64,000 nt of DNA, from positions 4,704,001-4,768,000 of the forward strand of contig OZ242005.1 in NCBI GenBank assembly GCA_965204725.1. Reading direction: 5' to 3'. The first letter of the stretch is position 1; every line of letters begins with the position of its first letter. The notes below the pieces were generated by a model. It searched no databases, was not told where the DNA came from, and saw nothing but the letters and a program-made list of their open reading frames with translations. Shown here one piece after another: positions 9,921-21,391 of this stretch. The position numbers and the translations under genes are program-made. This DNA comes from Candidatus Latescibacterota bacterium. Lineage in GTDB: Bacteria; Latescibacterota; UBA2968; UBA8231.

Positions 9921-11306
9921 CTACAAGCTATTCAGGACTTTGCCGGGATTCATAAGGTGGTCGGGGTCGAGGGCTCTTTTGATGCGGCGCATGATCTCGA
10001 CGCCCGGGCCGCACTCGGCTTCCAGCGCGTCAATTTTGCCCAAGCCGATGCCGTGCTCGCCGGTGCAAGTTCCCCCGGCTTGCAGTGCCCACTCGACGAT
10101 CTGCTCGCCCAGCCGCTGCACTTGCGCCAGTTCCGCGGCATTGCCCGGCTCAATGAGGCAGACGACGTGGAAGTTGCCGTCGCCGACGTGGCCAAAAAGC
10201 GGCGCGGGAAAGTCGAGATCGGCAAGCGCGGCTCGCGTCTGGTGGATGCAGCGAGCAAGGGCCGTGATCGGTACGCAGACATCGGTTACATAGCCGACCG
10301 AGCCGGGGCGGAGTGCTCGTGAGGCGTAATAGGCATCGTAGCGCGCCTGCCACAAGCGGTCGCGCTCCCCCTCGGCCGTGGCCCAGTGGAAGGGACCGCC
10401 GCCCCGCCGGGCCACGTGCGTGCCGGCGGTTTCAGCTTGTTCGACAACCCCCTTTTCCGAGCCGTGAAATTCAAAAAAGAGCGTTGGTGTCGCCTCGTAA
10501 TCAAGGCCCGCGTATTGGTTGCAAGCCCGCATTTGCACTTCGTCGAGCAATTCGAGCCGTGCGACGGGGATCCCCGCGCTCAAGACATCAATGGCCGCGG
10601 CGACGGCTGTGTCGAGATCGGCAAAGGGGCAGACGGCCGCGGCGACGGCCGCTGGCAGCTTGGCTAGGCGTAGGGTTACTTCGGTGATAAGGGCTAGCGT
10701 GCCTTCGGTGCCGACCAGCAGGGCGGTCAGGTCGTAGCCAGCCGAGGATTTGCGCGCCCGCCCACCCACTTCGACGACAGTGCCGTCGGCGAAGACGGCC
10801 TTGAGGCCCAAGACATTGTCGCGCATGGTGCCATAGCCAACCGCAGCACTGCCAGAGGCGCGGGTGGCGGCCATGCCGCCCAAGGAGGCGTCGGCTCCGG
10901 GATCAACCGGAAAGTGCAGGCCGGTTCCTTGCGCTCGGAGATGTTCGTTGAGTTGCTGGCGGGTGACGCCGGCTTCGACTGTGGCGTCCATATCGGCAGC
11001 ACTGACGCGGAGGATGCGGTTCATGCGCGAGAGATCAACGCACAGGCCACCGCGCACGGCGACGATACCGCCTTCGACGGCCGTGCCCGTGCCAAAGGGC
11101 ACAATCGGCACTTGGTGTGCGCTGCATATCCGGGCGATCTGGGCTACTTCCTCAACGCTTGTGGGAAAGGCCACGGCCTGCGGCGGTTGCGGCGCGTGGT
11201 AGGAGGCGTCAGCCGCGTGGGCGCGGCGCACCTGAGCGGTCACATTCAGGCGCGGGCCGAGGAGAGCGGCCAACTCCGAAAGGGCTTGGGGGGCTATGGG
11301 GTTCAT
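9921..11306 (-). CDS. FAD-linked oxidase, D-lactate dehydrogenase (cytochrome)/GlcD family
   Basis: PVDPGADASLGGM, KSSAGYDL, GHVGDGNFH, GEHGIG and MNPGK motifs. Confidence 0.9.
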   Translation of the reverse strand: MNPIAPQALSELAALLGPRLNVTAQVRRAHAADASYHAPQPPQAVAFPTSVEEVAQIARICSAHQVPIVPFGTGTAVEGGIVAVRGGLCVDLSRMNRILRVSAADMDATVEAGVTRQQLNEHLRAQGTGLHFPVDPGADASLGGMAATRASGSAAVGYGTMRDNVLGLKAVFADGTVVEVGGRARKSSAGYDLTALLVGTEGTLALITEVTLRLAKLPAAVAAAVCPFADLDTAVAAAIDVLSAGIPVARLELLDEVQMRACNQYAGLDYEATPTLFFEFHGSEKGVVEQAETAGTHVARRGGGPFHWATAEGERDRLWQARYDAYYASRALRPGSVGYVTDVCVPITALARCIHQTRAALADLDFPAPLFGHVGDGNFHVVCLIEPGNAAELAQVQRLGEQIVEWALQAGGTCTGEHGIGLGKIDALEAECGPGVEIMRRIKRALDPDHLMNPGKVLNSL

Positions 11307-11440
11307 GGGCGGGTAATATGTCCAATGGCTAGAGGGCCGTCAAAGAAGCCGATCATCCAACTCAGGTGAGGACAGACGAATAGCCCTTGACAAGTTGTTC
11401 GCTATATGCGAACATAATTAGCATGAATGCGCGGAAAGGT

Positions 11441-11698
11441 ATGGTGATTGAGTGGGGGGACAAGGCGGTTAGGGACATGCGCCGCCTCGCTGCCCAGGAC
11501 CGCGAGAGAATCATTGCCAAGGTCGAACAGTATGCCAGAGACCCGGTCTCTTTGGCCAACCAAGTGATTATACTGACCGGCAGTGTGTATCGGCGCATGA
11601 GAGTTGGAGACTATCGAGTTATCTTCGGTATTGAATACAACAAGACCACTATCATAGTGGTACTGAGAGTTCGACATAGGAGGGAAGTCTATGGCTGA
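11441..11698 (+). CDS. RelE/ParE family toxin
   Basis: YRRMRVGDYRVIF and RVRHRREVY motifs. Confidence 0.88.
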   Translation: MVIEWGDKAVRDMRRLAAQDRERIIAKVEQYARDPVSLANQVIILTGSVYRRMRVGDYRVIFGIEYNKTTIIVVLRVRHRREVYG

Positions 11699-12029
11699 CG
11701 CTGGAACCATTACTTTGCCCCGGGCGGAATACAATGCCTTGATCGCCCGCAATGAAGAGCTTGAAGACAGGCTCGCTGCTCTCGAGGCGGACGACGGCAG
11801 CCGCGTCCCCCACGATGTGGCTCTTGCCATCATGCGCGGCGAGAACCCCGTGGCTGCATTGCGCAATCACCTTGGTGTCACGCTGCGCGACTTAGCCCAA
11901 AAAACGGGGATCGCCGCGAGCTATCTGTCCGAGATCGAGCGCGGGATCAAGCCCGGCTCCGCAGCAACGCTGTCTCGGATCGCCCATGCGCTTGGCACGA
12001 CGATTGATACTTTAGTAATTGAGCCATGA
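11691..12029 (+). CDS. XRE-family HTH antitoxin (HigA-like)
   Basis: HTH LRDLAQKTGIAASYLSEIERG; overlaps the toxin stop. Confidence 0.85.
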   Translation: MADAGTITLPRAEYNALIARNEELEDRLAALEADDGSRVPHDVALAIMRGENPVAALRNHLGVTLRDLAQKTGIAASYLSEIERGIKPGSAATLSRIAHALGTTIDTLVIEP

Positions 12030-12079
12030 TCTACTGCGATTCACAGCACTTTCCACCTCTAACCGGAGCCTAGACAGAT

Positions 12080-12454
12080 ATGTCACGTCCCCTTCTCAGC
12101 GCGGCCGAGAGCCGCCAGAACCGCATAGACGAATCGTGGGGCCATCTGACTTGGTTGGCGGGCCATCCACAGGGCAATGTCGAGGGCCTCACCTTGGGCC
12201 GCGTCGTCCTCAAAGCCGGCCAAGCCAATCCGCGCCACGCCCACCCCAACTGCGAAGAAGTACTCTACGTGCTCGCTGGCCGCGTAGAGCACAGCTTGGG
12301 CGACCAGTCTTTTACGCTAGCGGTCGGCGATTGCCTCGCCATCCCGGCCGGCGTTTTCCACAACGGAATTAGCCTCGGCCCCGAGGACGCGGATATGATC
12401 GTGGCCTATTCGGCCGGCGACCGCCAATTCGTCTTGGAAGAAGACCGCTCGTGA
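12080..12454 (+). CDS. Cupin domain protein
   Basis: HAHPNCEEVLYVLAG and IPAGVFH cupin motifs. Confidence 0.85.
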   Translation: MSRPLLSAAESRQNRIDESWGHLTWLAGHPQGNVEGLTLGRVVLKAGQANPRHAHPNCEEVLYVLAGRVEHSLGDQSFTLAVGDCLAIPAGVFHNGISLGPEDADMIVAYSAGDRQFVLEEDRS

Positions 12455-12509
12455 CCCTGAGCGACAACGGACCAAAATACGTCTCGACAGAGTCTAACCG
12501 CGTACTGCG

Positions 12510-13235
12510 ATGGACGCCTACACCCGAGCCGACCTCCAGAGCCATTTAGCAGCCTTGGGCATTGAAGCGGGGGATATCCTCTTTATCCATTCTTCGTTCA
12601 AGAGTCTAGGGCCTGTCGCCGGCCGAGCGCAGACTGTGGTCGATGCTCTCCAAGCCGTGGTCGGTCCCAACGGACTCATCCTGATGCCCTCTTTCCACCT
12701 GATAGAGCGAAGCGAACGAGCGCGCCGCTGGGACTGGGCCACTACTCCCTCGACCGTGGGCTGGCTGAGCGAGTTCTTTCGCCGCCTACCCGATACCTAC
12801 CGTTCCGATCACTATTCTCACTCGGTGGCGGCCCGAGGGCGCGGGGCCGAGGATTTTGTCGCGGACCATCGACGCCAAGAAGGCTATACTTCGTCTTGGG
12901 ATCTGGCTCCATGGGGACGGACCTACGGCACTCACTCGCCCATGTTCCGCGCCTATCGACGCGGCGGAAAAATTCTCATGTTGGGCGTCGATTATCAAAC
13001 TTCTACCTATATCCATCTGGTCGAAGTGCTCTACTGGCATCACCTGCGCCGAACCGATCCCCAAGCGTCCTATCCCGCCTTGGACCGCCCGCGGCTGGGC
13101 GCCTTTTGGGATGCCACCGGCCCGCTGACACAGGGCCTCGTTGGCGCATCCCGGTGCCGGCTTTTCGCCATAGACATATATGTCGATACCCTGCTGGCCG
13201 AGGTCGTGGCAAGCCCCGAACGCTATTTGGCCTGA
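12510..13235 (+). CDS. AAC(3)-family (Antibiotic_NAT) N-acetyltransferase
   Basis: LFIHSSFKSLG, RSDHYSHSVAARG and ILMLGV..STYIHLVE. Confidence 0.85.
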   Translation: MDAYTRADLQSHLAALGIEAGDILFIHSSFKSLGPVAGRAQTVVDALQAVVGPNGLILMPSFHLIERSERARRWDWATTPSTVGWLSEFFRRLPDTYRSDHYSHSVAARGRGAEDFVADHRRQEGYTSSWDLAPWGRTYGTHSPMFRAYRRGGKILMLGVDYQTSTYIHLVEVLYWHHLRRTDPQASYPALDRPRLGAFWDATGPLTQGLVGASRCRLFAIDIYVDTLLAEVVASPERYLA

Positions 13236-13307
13236 TTCTCACTATTCTACGACCGGGTGCTGACCTTGTAGCTCAGAGGGGCCGCAGGTCGTGCAGCGAG
13301 AAGGGGC

Positions 13308-14078
13308 CTACTCGGGGGTGAAGTCGCCGGGTTCGAGAGCGTACCAGTACACAGTGTCGTTGTCGATTAGCGGCTGGATTTCGCGGACATTGCGGACGCT
13401 GGCAATGGCGGCGTGGGCTGGATGCCCGGTGAGTTGGGTGAGTATGGCGGCGTTGCGCTGGGCACGGCTCGTATCGCGTTGGTCGGCGGTGTAGGAAGCC
13501 TCGACCGCGATATAGTGGATAGCACCCGCTGAGTCCGTGCCTTTTACGACCAAATCGGCGCGAACGAAGCTGCGCCGGTCGCTTTGAGGAATGTCGGAGA
13601 TCTCGCGTTGGAAAATCATTTGGCCGAGGTCGTCCCTTGTCAGGAGCCCCTTGAACCGGAAGCCCATACCACTGGCGATCTCTAGGAAGCGTGAGTTGAC
13701 CACCTGACGAGCCACGTTGCCGCGCAGTTCACCTATAGCAGTCTCCATTCGCTGGTTGAACTGCCGCTGCTCGTCATTAAACTTGCGCTGCTCCTCAAAT
13801 TTCTTGTCGATGCTGTCGAAACGTCGCTCCACTCGCTCATTGAACTGCCGCTGCTCCTTGTTGAACTGCCGCTGGTTTTCATTGAATTGCCGCTGCTCGT
13901 CATTGAACTGCTGCTGCTGCTCAATAAAGCTCTCGACGCGAGTTTCGAACTTGGCAAGCCGCTCGGGTAGCTGAATCAGCTCGTCGCTGAGAACGTGGCG
14001 GCGGACCGCTTGGCGGAATTCGTCGTTTTCGTTCAGCAGGCGAATCAAATCGTCGGTTGTGTGGATGACGGTCATCAT
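13308..14078 (-). CDS. Coiled-coil repeat protein with a PD-(D/E)XK-like C-terminal domain
   Basis: EQRQFN(D/E/K) heptads followed by ADLVV...IAVEAS. Confidence 0.65.
   Translation of the reverse strand: MMTVIHTTDDLIRLLNENDEFRQAVRRHVLSDELIQLPERLAKFETRVESFIEQQQQFNDEQRQFNENQRQFNKEQRQFNERVERRFDSIDKKFEEQRKFNDEQRQFNQRMETAIGELRGNVARQVVNSRFLEIASGMGFRFKGLLTRDDLGQMIFQREISDIPQSDRRSFVRADLVVKGTDSAGAIHYIAVEASYTADQRDTSRAQRNAAILTQLTGHPAHAAIASVRNVREIQPLIDNDTVYWYALEPGDFTPE
13755..13925 (-). repeat. Degenerate 21-bp coding tandem repeat (EQRQFNx)
   Basis: Repeated TTGAACTGCCGCTG units on the + strand, in two blocks. Confidence 0.8.
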
Positions 14079-14164
14079 GGTCTCCAAGGCGTGGGCTGCT
14101 CATGTCCTCGTTGCCTACATCTTAAAATCTCAAAATCGTCTGTGTCTTTGTCAACGAAACCGGC

Positions 14165-14956
14165 TCAGACGCGCATCCGCAGCATGGGGCGGCTAAAAGA
14201 CACGTCGAGAAATTGCCCGGTGTGGGCCGAGCGCGTACCAGGAGGCATGAAGTGGATGACAAAGGCGCGGCGCTGGCGATCGGTTTGGTTGGGCGGGGTG
14301 TAGTGTAAGGTTTGGCAGTGGTGGAAGAGCGCGCCGCCGGCGGGTAGATTTATGATGGCGGCTTGGGCTGTATCGACTTGGTCGCCGTAGTCGAGCAAGG
14401 CACTGGTCTGCTCTGACCGCTCGTGCCCGACGGGCGTCAGGTGCGATTCGGGCAGCAGGTGCATGGCGCCGTTTGTCGCATCGACATCGTCGAGCGTCAT
14501 CCAGCAGCTAACCAAATTGGCCGGCATACATTTCCAGTAGGCGTTGTCTTGGTGCCAAAAGACCGGGCCGCCGTGGTGGGCGGGTTTGTACAGGGCTTGG
14601 TCGTGGAAGAGCTGGATATTAGGGCCGATGAGGTCTTCGGTCATGTCGAGGATGCCGGGGTCGTAGAGCAGTTGCCGGAAGAGGATGCTCCGCTCGCACA
14701 TTTGCGTGATCTGCAACATCTGCTCGTCGGCGTTGTTCTTTTCGTCGAGGTCGTCGGTGTCACTGATGGACAGGTTGCGGAAGCACCCGTTTTGGCGCGC
14801 CTCGGCAAAGAGCCGGTCGTATTCATCGCGCAGCAAGGCGATGGGGTCGTCGTCTAGCAGCTTGCCGACGGAGATGAAGCCGCGCCGGCGGAATTGGTCG
14901 ATCTGCTCTTGGTCGAGTGCTTTGTGGAGTTGGGGAGCGGACGGGGCTGTGGTCAT
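14165..14956 (-). CDS. Phytanoyl-CoA dioxygenase (PhyH) family protein
   Basis: WHQD, NGAMHLLPESH and HCQTLHYTPPNQTDRQRR. Confidence 0.9.
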   Translation of the reverse strand: MTTAPSAPQLHKALDQEQIDQFRRRGFISVGKLLDDDPIALLRDEYDRLFAEARQNGCFRNLSISDTDDLDEKNNADEQMLQITQMCERSILFRQLLYDPGILDMTEDLIGPNIQLFHDQALYKPAHHGGPVFWHQDNAYWKCMPANLVSCWMTLDDVDATNGAMHLLPESHLTPVGHERSEQTSALLDYGDQVDTAQAAIINLPAGGALFHHCQTLHYTPPNQTDRQRRAFVIHFMPPGTRSAHTGQFLDVSFSRPMLRMRV

Positions 14957-15041
14957 CTGTATTCCTCCTAGTGAAGCGTGCAAATTAACAAGGGCCGCGA
15001 CCGATTACAACCGTCGTCACGCGGCGTATAGACGAGCGGTT

Positions 15042-16163
15042 TCATGTGGCCGCGGCGCGGCTCAGGGTGAGTAGCGCGATTTCGGAAGGGGCACCGAGCC
15101 GCAACGGCGGCCCCCAGTAGCCGGTACCGCGGTGGACGTAAATCCAAGTGTCGCGAAATTTGTGCAGGCCGGCGACATAGGGCTGTTGCAGGGGGATTGC
15201 GTACTTCCACGGCACAAACTGACCGCCGTGCGTGTGGCCGGATAGCTGTAAGTGGCAATCGGCTTGGCTGGCGGCTCCTATGCTGCGCGGCTGGTGCGCG
15301 AGTAGGATGCGCACATCGGCCCCGTCGCTGGCGGCAAGGGCTTTGGCCGGGTCTGAGGCGTGGTCGGAGACCATCTCGCCGGCACTGAAGTCGGTCGTGC
15401 CGGCGAGGGCAATCCGTCCGCCGCGGCAGTCGATCGGGCGTCCCTCGTTGATCAAGACATCGAAGCCGAGGCGGCGCGCCTGCTCGGTCCAGCTATCCAC
15501 GCCCGAGTAGTACTCGTGGTTGCCCGTGCAGAAATAGACCCCGAGCGGCGCGGTGAGTTCGGCGAGAGCAGCGGTATGCGGGGCGAGTCGTTTGACCGGT
15601 CCGTCGGCGAGGTCGCCGGTGAAGGCGATGAGATCGGGTTGCAGTTCGTTGACCCGAGCGACAACGCGCTCCACAAAAGGGGCCTTGATGGTCGGGCCGA
15701 CGTGGAGATCGCTGATCTGGACGATGCGCAGCCCCACTAGCGCCGGCGGGAGATTCTCGATGGGGACATCGACCCGGCGGACCGCGGGCGTACGGCGGGC
15801 TTGATAGTAGCCATAGCCCGCCGTGACCCAGATCAGCGCAAAAGTCGCCAAGTCGAGGCTGGCATTGAGTGCCGCGTCGATAGGATAGACGAGGCCTAGG
15901 AGCAGCCCCCCTATATCGCGCAGGAATAGCAACGTCGAGCAGACGGTAAAAAAGCCCATGCCTAAATAGGCCACCCAAGCGAGGAGATCGGTCAGCGAGG
16001 TTGGACGGGACCGCAGGCGAAACAGCAACAAGGGCGTCAATAGCAAGAACACCAGCGCCAATGCGGCACCGATATGTGCGGGCGGCGGCAGATAGGGGAT
16101 GAGCCGCCAGCCCGAATAGCCGTAGATCGAGCCGAGCAGCGAGAGGAAAATCAGCGCAAACAT
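15042..16163 (-). CDS. Membrane-anchored metallophosphoesterase (YkuE-like)
   Basis: N-terminal TM segments; SDLH, TGD, GNHE and SGHTHGGQ motifs. Confidence 0.92.
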   Translation of the reverse strand: MFALIFLSLLGSIYGYSGWRLIPYLPPPAHIGAALALVFLLLTPLLLFRLRSRPTSLTDLLAWVAYLGMGFFTVCSTLLFLRDIGGLLLGLVYPIDAALNASLDLATFALIWVTAGYGYYQARRTPAVRRVDVPIENLPPALVGLRIVQISDLHVGPTIKAPFVERVVARVNELQPDLIAFTGDLADGPVKRLAPHTAALAELTAPLGVYFCTGNHEYYSGVDSWTEQARRLGFDVLINEGRPIDCRGGRIALAGTTDFSAGEMVSDHASDPAKALAASDGADVRILLAHQPRSIGAASQADCHLQLSGHTHGGQFVPWKYAIPLQQPYVAGLHKFRDTWIYVHRGTGYWGPPLRLGAPSEIALLTLSRAAAT

Positions 16164-16318
16164 GCCATGGTCTTTGGTGGCTTTTACTGTGGAGGCGACC
16201 CCAGCCTCTTACAAGCCGCGGTACAGTTGGCCGCTGGGTCTTGTTTCTCGGCGGCCGAGTTGTTATAAAGGACTTAGAGGCAAAAAGAGTGGCTTATTTG
16301 AATAAAAGGAGACCAATC

Positions 16319-17182
16319 GTGAAAGGCCAACAACTCGACTTTTTCGAGGAAGAAGGGTACGTCATCATCAAAGGCGGGCTTACGGACGACGATCTCGCGC
16401 CGCTCATCGAGGATCACAACATCGTCGTCGATGAAATGGCCCGCGATCTGCACAGGCAGGGCAAGATCGCCAACCGCTACGAAAACGAGCCTTTTGAGCG
16501 GCGCTTGGCTTGCCTCTCAGAGGAGTGCGACGAGGTCGATGGCTGTCCCGACATAGGGGAAACCCGCCGACGCGGCACCTTTGACTTTTTGTGCAACCCG
16601 AACCTCGTCGATCTGATTGAGCCGTTCATCGGCCCAGAAATTACCTGCAATGCCGTGTCGCACGTCCGGCCAAAGATGCCGGCAACCGACGTCGCCTTTC
16701 ATCAGGACGCCGTGTTCACCACCCCACAAGCCCAAGGCATCCTACAGGTCACCGTGTGGATCCCCCTCGTCGAGGCGACCGAAGAAAACGGCTGCTTGCA
16801 GGTCCAACCCCGGGTCCATCAACGGCGCATGGTCTATTGGTCGTACGGGCGGGATTTACCCCAAACCGAGCGGATTAGTCTGCCCATGCAAAAGGGAGAC
16901 GTCCTATTCGTGCATAAACTGACCCCCCACGGCTCAGGCCCCAACCACACCAACGCCGTGCGCTGGAGCGTGGACTTGCGCTACCAGAAGACGGGCGCAC
17001 CCTCCCCGCGCCCAGAGTGGCCCAGTCTCGTCGCCCGCAGCCGGCGCGATCCCTCCTCGGAGACGGCTTATGAAGACTGGCACGATCAGTGGGCCGCCGC
17101 GCTCGCAAAAACGCCCCAACAGCTTCGCTACGAACGTCCAACCGAGCCTCGGCCCTTCACCGGCGAGATGTTTCCCGAGTAG
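16319..17182 (+). CDS. Phytanoyl-CoA dioxygenase (PhyH) family protein
   Basis: FHQD, ENGCL and PHGSGPNHTNAVRWS; AAGGAG RBS before GTG 16319. Confidence 0.88.
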   Translation: MKGQQLDFFEEEGYVIIKGGLTDDDLAPLIEDHNIVVDEMARDLHRQGKIANRYENEPFERRLACLSEECDEVDGCPDIGETRRRGTFDFLCNPNLVDLIEPFIGPEITCNAVSHVRPKMPATDVAFHQDAVFTTPQAQGILQVTVWIPLVEATEENGCLQVQPRVHQRRMVYWSYGRDLPQTERISLPMQKGDVLFVHKLTPHGSGPNHTNAVRWSVDLRYQKTGAPSPRPEWPSLVARSRRDPSSETAYEDWHDQWAAALAKTPQQLRYERPTEPRPFTGEMFPE

Positions 17183-17222
17183 CGCAGAGTAGCAGATGCC
17201 GATCGCGCAGCGGCTGGTTAGA

Positions 17223-18275
17223 CTAGGCGATGACGCCGCCGCCGAGGCAAACGTCACCGTCGTAGAACACCGCGTGCTGGCCCGGCGCGATGCCGGGGTC
17301 GGGCGTGGCCAACGTGACGTGGGCGCGATCCGGCGTGCGCGTCTGCACCTGACAGGGAATTAGAGTTGGCCCGTGCCGCAGCTTGACGTGGAGCGCGCCC
17401 TGCGCTGGCGCACCGGCGATCCAATGGATGTGTTCGGCGATTAGTTCGCGGCGTCCGGCTCGGGTCGGCGCACTGCCGTGGGCGATGTACACGATGTTGT
17501 TGGCGACGTCTTTGTCCGTTACATACCAAGGGCCGCCGCCGAGTTGCAAGCCGTGCCGCTGACCAATGGTGTAGAACCAATAGCCGGGGTGCTCGCCCTT
17601 CTTTTGCCCGCTTGCCCGCTCGACGATGTCGCCCTGGGCCTCTCCCAAGTGGAAGCGGACAAAATCCCGATAGTTGATCTTACCCAAGAAGCAGATGCCT
17701 TGGCTGTCGGGGCGGTCTTTGGCCGGCAAGTCGAGTTCGGCGGCGAGGGCGCGCACTTGGCGCTTGTGCAGGTGCCCGATGGGCAAGCAGAGCCGAGCGA
17801 GTTGCGCCGCGCTCAGGTTGGAGAGGAAATAGGTCTGGTCCTTGACCCGATCGGCCGCGCACCTAAGCCGATAACCGCCTGCGGCCTCCTCGACGCGGGC
17901 GTAGTGCCCAGAGGCAATTTGCTCGCACTCGCCCGCTACCCGCTGATAAAAGGCACCGAACTTGACGCGCTGGTTGCACCAGATGTCCGGGCTAGGGGTG
18001 CGCCCCAAGCGCAGCTCGGCCAGCGCATACTCGACGATGTGGGTGCGGTACTCGCTTTGCAGCGGCACGACTTCGAGTGGAACCCCGAGCTGTTCGCAGG
18101 TGGCGCGGGCGTAGGACAAATCCGTTTCCCACGGGCAGTCGCCGAGCGAAACCAGCTCATCCTCTAGCCAGATCTTGAGGTAGTAGGCTTTGGGGACGAG
18201 CCGCTTTTCGCGCTGGATCAACGCGAGGGCCAGCGAGCTATCGACCCCACCGGAAAGCAGGACGGCGACATTCAT
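17223..18275 (-). CDS. mnmA: tRNA 2-thiouridine(34) synthase
   Basis: SGGVDS, PSPDIWCNQRVKF, SGHYA, KDQTYFL, SQGICF and TIGQR. Confidence 0.95.
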   Translation of the reverse strand: MNVAVLLSGGVDSSLALALIQREKRLVPKAYYLKIWLEDELVSLGDCPWETDLSYARATCEQLGVPLEVVPLQSEYRTHIVEYALAELRLGRTPSPDIWCNQRVKFGAFYQRVAGECEQIASGHYARVEEAAGGYRLRCAADRVKDQTYFLSNLSAAQLARLCLPIGHLHKRQVRALAAELDLPAKDRPDSQGICFLGKINYRDFVRFHLGEAQGDIVERASGQKKGEHPGYWFYTIGQRHGLQLGGGPWYVTDKDVANNIVYIAHGSAPTRAGRRELIAEHIHWIAGAPAQGALHVKLRHGPTLIPCQVQTRTPDRAHVTLATPDPGIAPGQHAVFYDGDVCLGGGVIA

Positions 18276-18291
18276 GGGATGCCAGTGCCGG

Positions 18292-19614
<1,323 letters not shown>

Positions 19615-19779
19615 TGGTTTCTCCTTCTCCTTATGGGTGATTTAGCTGTTTAGGCAATTAAGACACGCGCCCGCGAATCGGCAAGCGTCCCGCCAAGTTG
19701 ACTGTCTGGTGCCTACACCCTACCTTGCCCCCATCCTCACAATCCTGCCTCCTGCCCGTCATGTCATACCCAGCCGATC

Positions 19780-20346
19780 ATGCAATCCCTCGTTTCCCCC
19801 TCCGTCCTGTACCGGGATAGCTTCCTCGAGGGCGCGGCCGAGTTCTCAAGCGAAGGCCGTTTCGACTCCACGTACGCCCTATCCCTCGGCTACGACCGCG
19901 ACGCCCTCGCCGACCACTTCCCACAGTTCGTGCGCGACCTCCGCGCCCTCGCCGACGCGACGAGTTTGCCGACGCGGTATCCAGACCGCGTGCTCTGGCT
20001 CGTCCACGACGGCGAGTACATCGGCCAAACCTCCATAAGGCCCGAGCTTTGCACCCCGTATTTGCTCACCTACGGCGGGCACATTGGCTACAGCATCCGC
20101 CCCTCGCGGCGAGGTCGCGGCTACGGCAAGGCCATCCTCGCCCTGACGCTGGTGGCGTCGCGGGAGCTTGGACTGCGCCGCGTGCTGGTCACCTGCGATT
20201 CGGACAACATTGGCTCTCGCAAGATCATCGAGCACAACGGCGGCCTATTTGAAAGCGCGATGGCCATGCCCAGTCAAGCATTTCGCGTTGAGGGACGCCA
20301 ATTCGTGCAGCACGTCGAGAAGTTGCGCTACTGGATAGACCTGTGA
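19780..20346 (+). CDS. GNAT family N-acetyltransferase
   Basis: GGHIGYSIRPSRRGRGYG and VTCDSDNIGSRKIIEHNGG. Confidence 0.9.
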   Translation: MQSLVSPSVLYRDSFLEGAAEFSSEGRFDSTYALSLGYDRDALADHFPQFVRDLRALADATSLPTRYPDRVLWLVHDGEYIGQTSIRPELCTPYLLTYGGHIGYSIRPSRRGRGYGKAILALTLVASRELGLRRVLVTCDSDNIGSRKIIEHNGGLFESAMAMPSQAFRVEGRQFVQHVEKLRYWIDL

Positions 20347-20392
20347 GGGGCCGTAATTGGCAGGGCGGCGGCCAAACCCTATATTCGCCGCC

Positions 20393-21391
20393 ATGTCGAA
20401 CTCAACCCAAGCAGCGCTGCCCGACCGGAGCACCTGTCTGGCACTCTATCGCCTCATGCTGGTCATTCGCCGCTGCGAAGAACAGCTCGCCCGGTCCTAC
20501 CAAGCCGGCCTGATCCCGGGTGCTTGTCACACGTACGTCGGCGAGGAAGCCATTGCCGCTGGCGTTTGCGCCCACCTCAACGACTGCGACGCGGTTTTTA
20601 GTACGCATCGCGGCCACGGCCACGCCCTCGCCAAAGGCGTACCGCCCAAGGAACTGATCGCCGAGCTTTTTGGCAAAGCCACGGGCTGCTCGCAGGGGCG
20701 CGGTGGCTCCATGCACCTTTTCTCGCCGCAAGTGGGCATGATGGGCACCAGCGGCATCGTCGGGCCCTGCATTCTCCAAGCCGCCGGCGCCGGCTATTCC
20801 TTTAAGCTCTTGGGCGTCCCCAAGGTCGGCGTGGCCTTCTTTGGCGACGGGGCGGTAGCCAACGGCGCCTTTCACGAGGGCATCAATCTGGCGACCAACT
20901 GGCAGTTGCCAGTGATCTTCGTGTGCGAAAACAACCTCTATGCTACGGAAGTGGCCTTTGCCGATACCACCCGCAACCCGCAGGTAGCCAACCGCGCGGC
21001 GGCCTATGGACTGCCCGGCATCGCCCTCGACGGCAACGATATAGCTGCGGTGTACGCGGCCGCCGGCGAAGCGATAACCCGCGCCCGCCAAGGCGATGGT
21101 CCGACCCTTATCGAGTGCAAGACCTACCGCACCCGGCCCCATGCCGAGGGAATGCGCGACGGGGGCTATCGCTCCAGCGAGGAAATCGACGAGTGGAAAA
21201 AGCGCGACCCCATCCCGGCTTTTGCCGACAAGCTGCTAGCGGCCGGCCACGCCCGCCAAGAAGAACTCGACGCGGTCGCGGCGGACGTCACCGCGCTGAT
21301 CGCCGAGGCCCTGCAATTTGCCCACGACAGCCCATGGCCCGACCCGACCACCGTGGCCGACCACGTCTTTAGCCAAGGGGACGGCGCGTAA
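20393..21391 (+). CDS. ThDP-dependent 2-oxoacid/acetoin dehydrogenase E1 alpha subunit
   Basis: STHRGHGH, GRGGSMH, FGDGA...ENN and TYRTRPH. Confidence 0.92.
   Translation: MSNSTQAALPDRSTCLALYRLMLVIRRCEEQLARSYQAGLIPGACHTYVGEEAIAAGVCAHLNDCDAVFSTHRGHGHALAKGVPPKELIAELFGKATGCSQGRGGSMHLFSPQVGMMGTSGIVGPCILQAAGAGYSFKLLGVPKVGVAFFGDGAVANGAFHEGINLATNWQLPVIFVCENNLYATEVAFADTTRNPQVANRAAAYGLPGIALDGNDIAAVYAAAGEAITRARQGDGPTLIECKTYRTRPHAEGMRDGGYRSSEEIDEWKKRDPIPAFADKLLAAGHARQEELDAVAADVTALIAEALQFAHDSPWPDPTTVADHVFSQGDGA

Noticed and set aside
12510-13235. Aminoglycoside resistance gene
   Set aside because: Family membership alone is not enough; there is no mobile resistance context and a metabolic role is equally plausible.
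13755-13925. CRISPR-like periodic repeats
   Set aside because: The units are in-frame 21-bp coding repeats with no unique spacers, and there are no cas genes.
19615-19780. SAH riboswitch upstream of ahcY
   Set aside because: No recognisable GAGGAGCG/CAGGC core in the leader.
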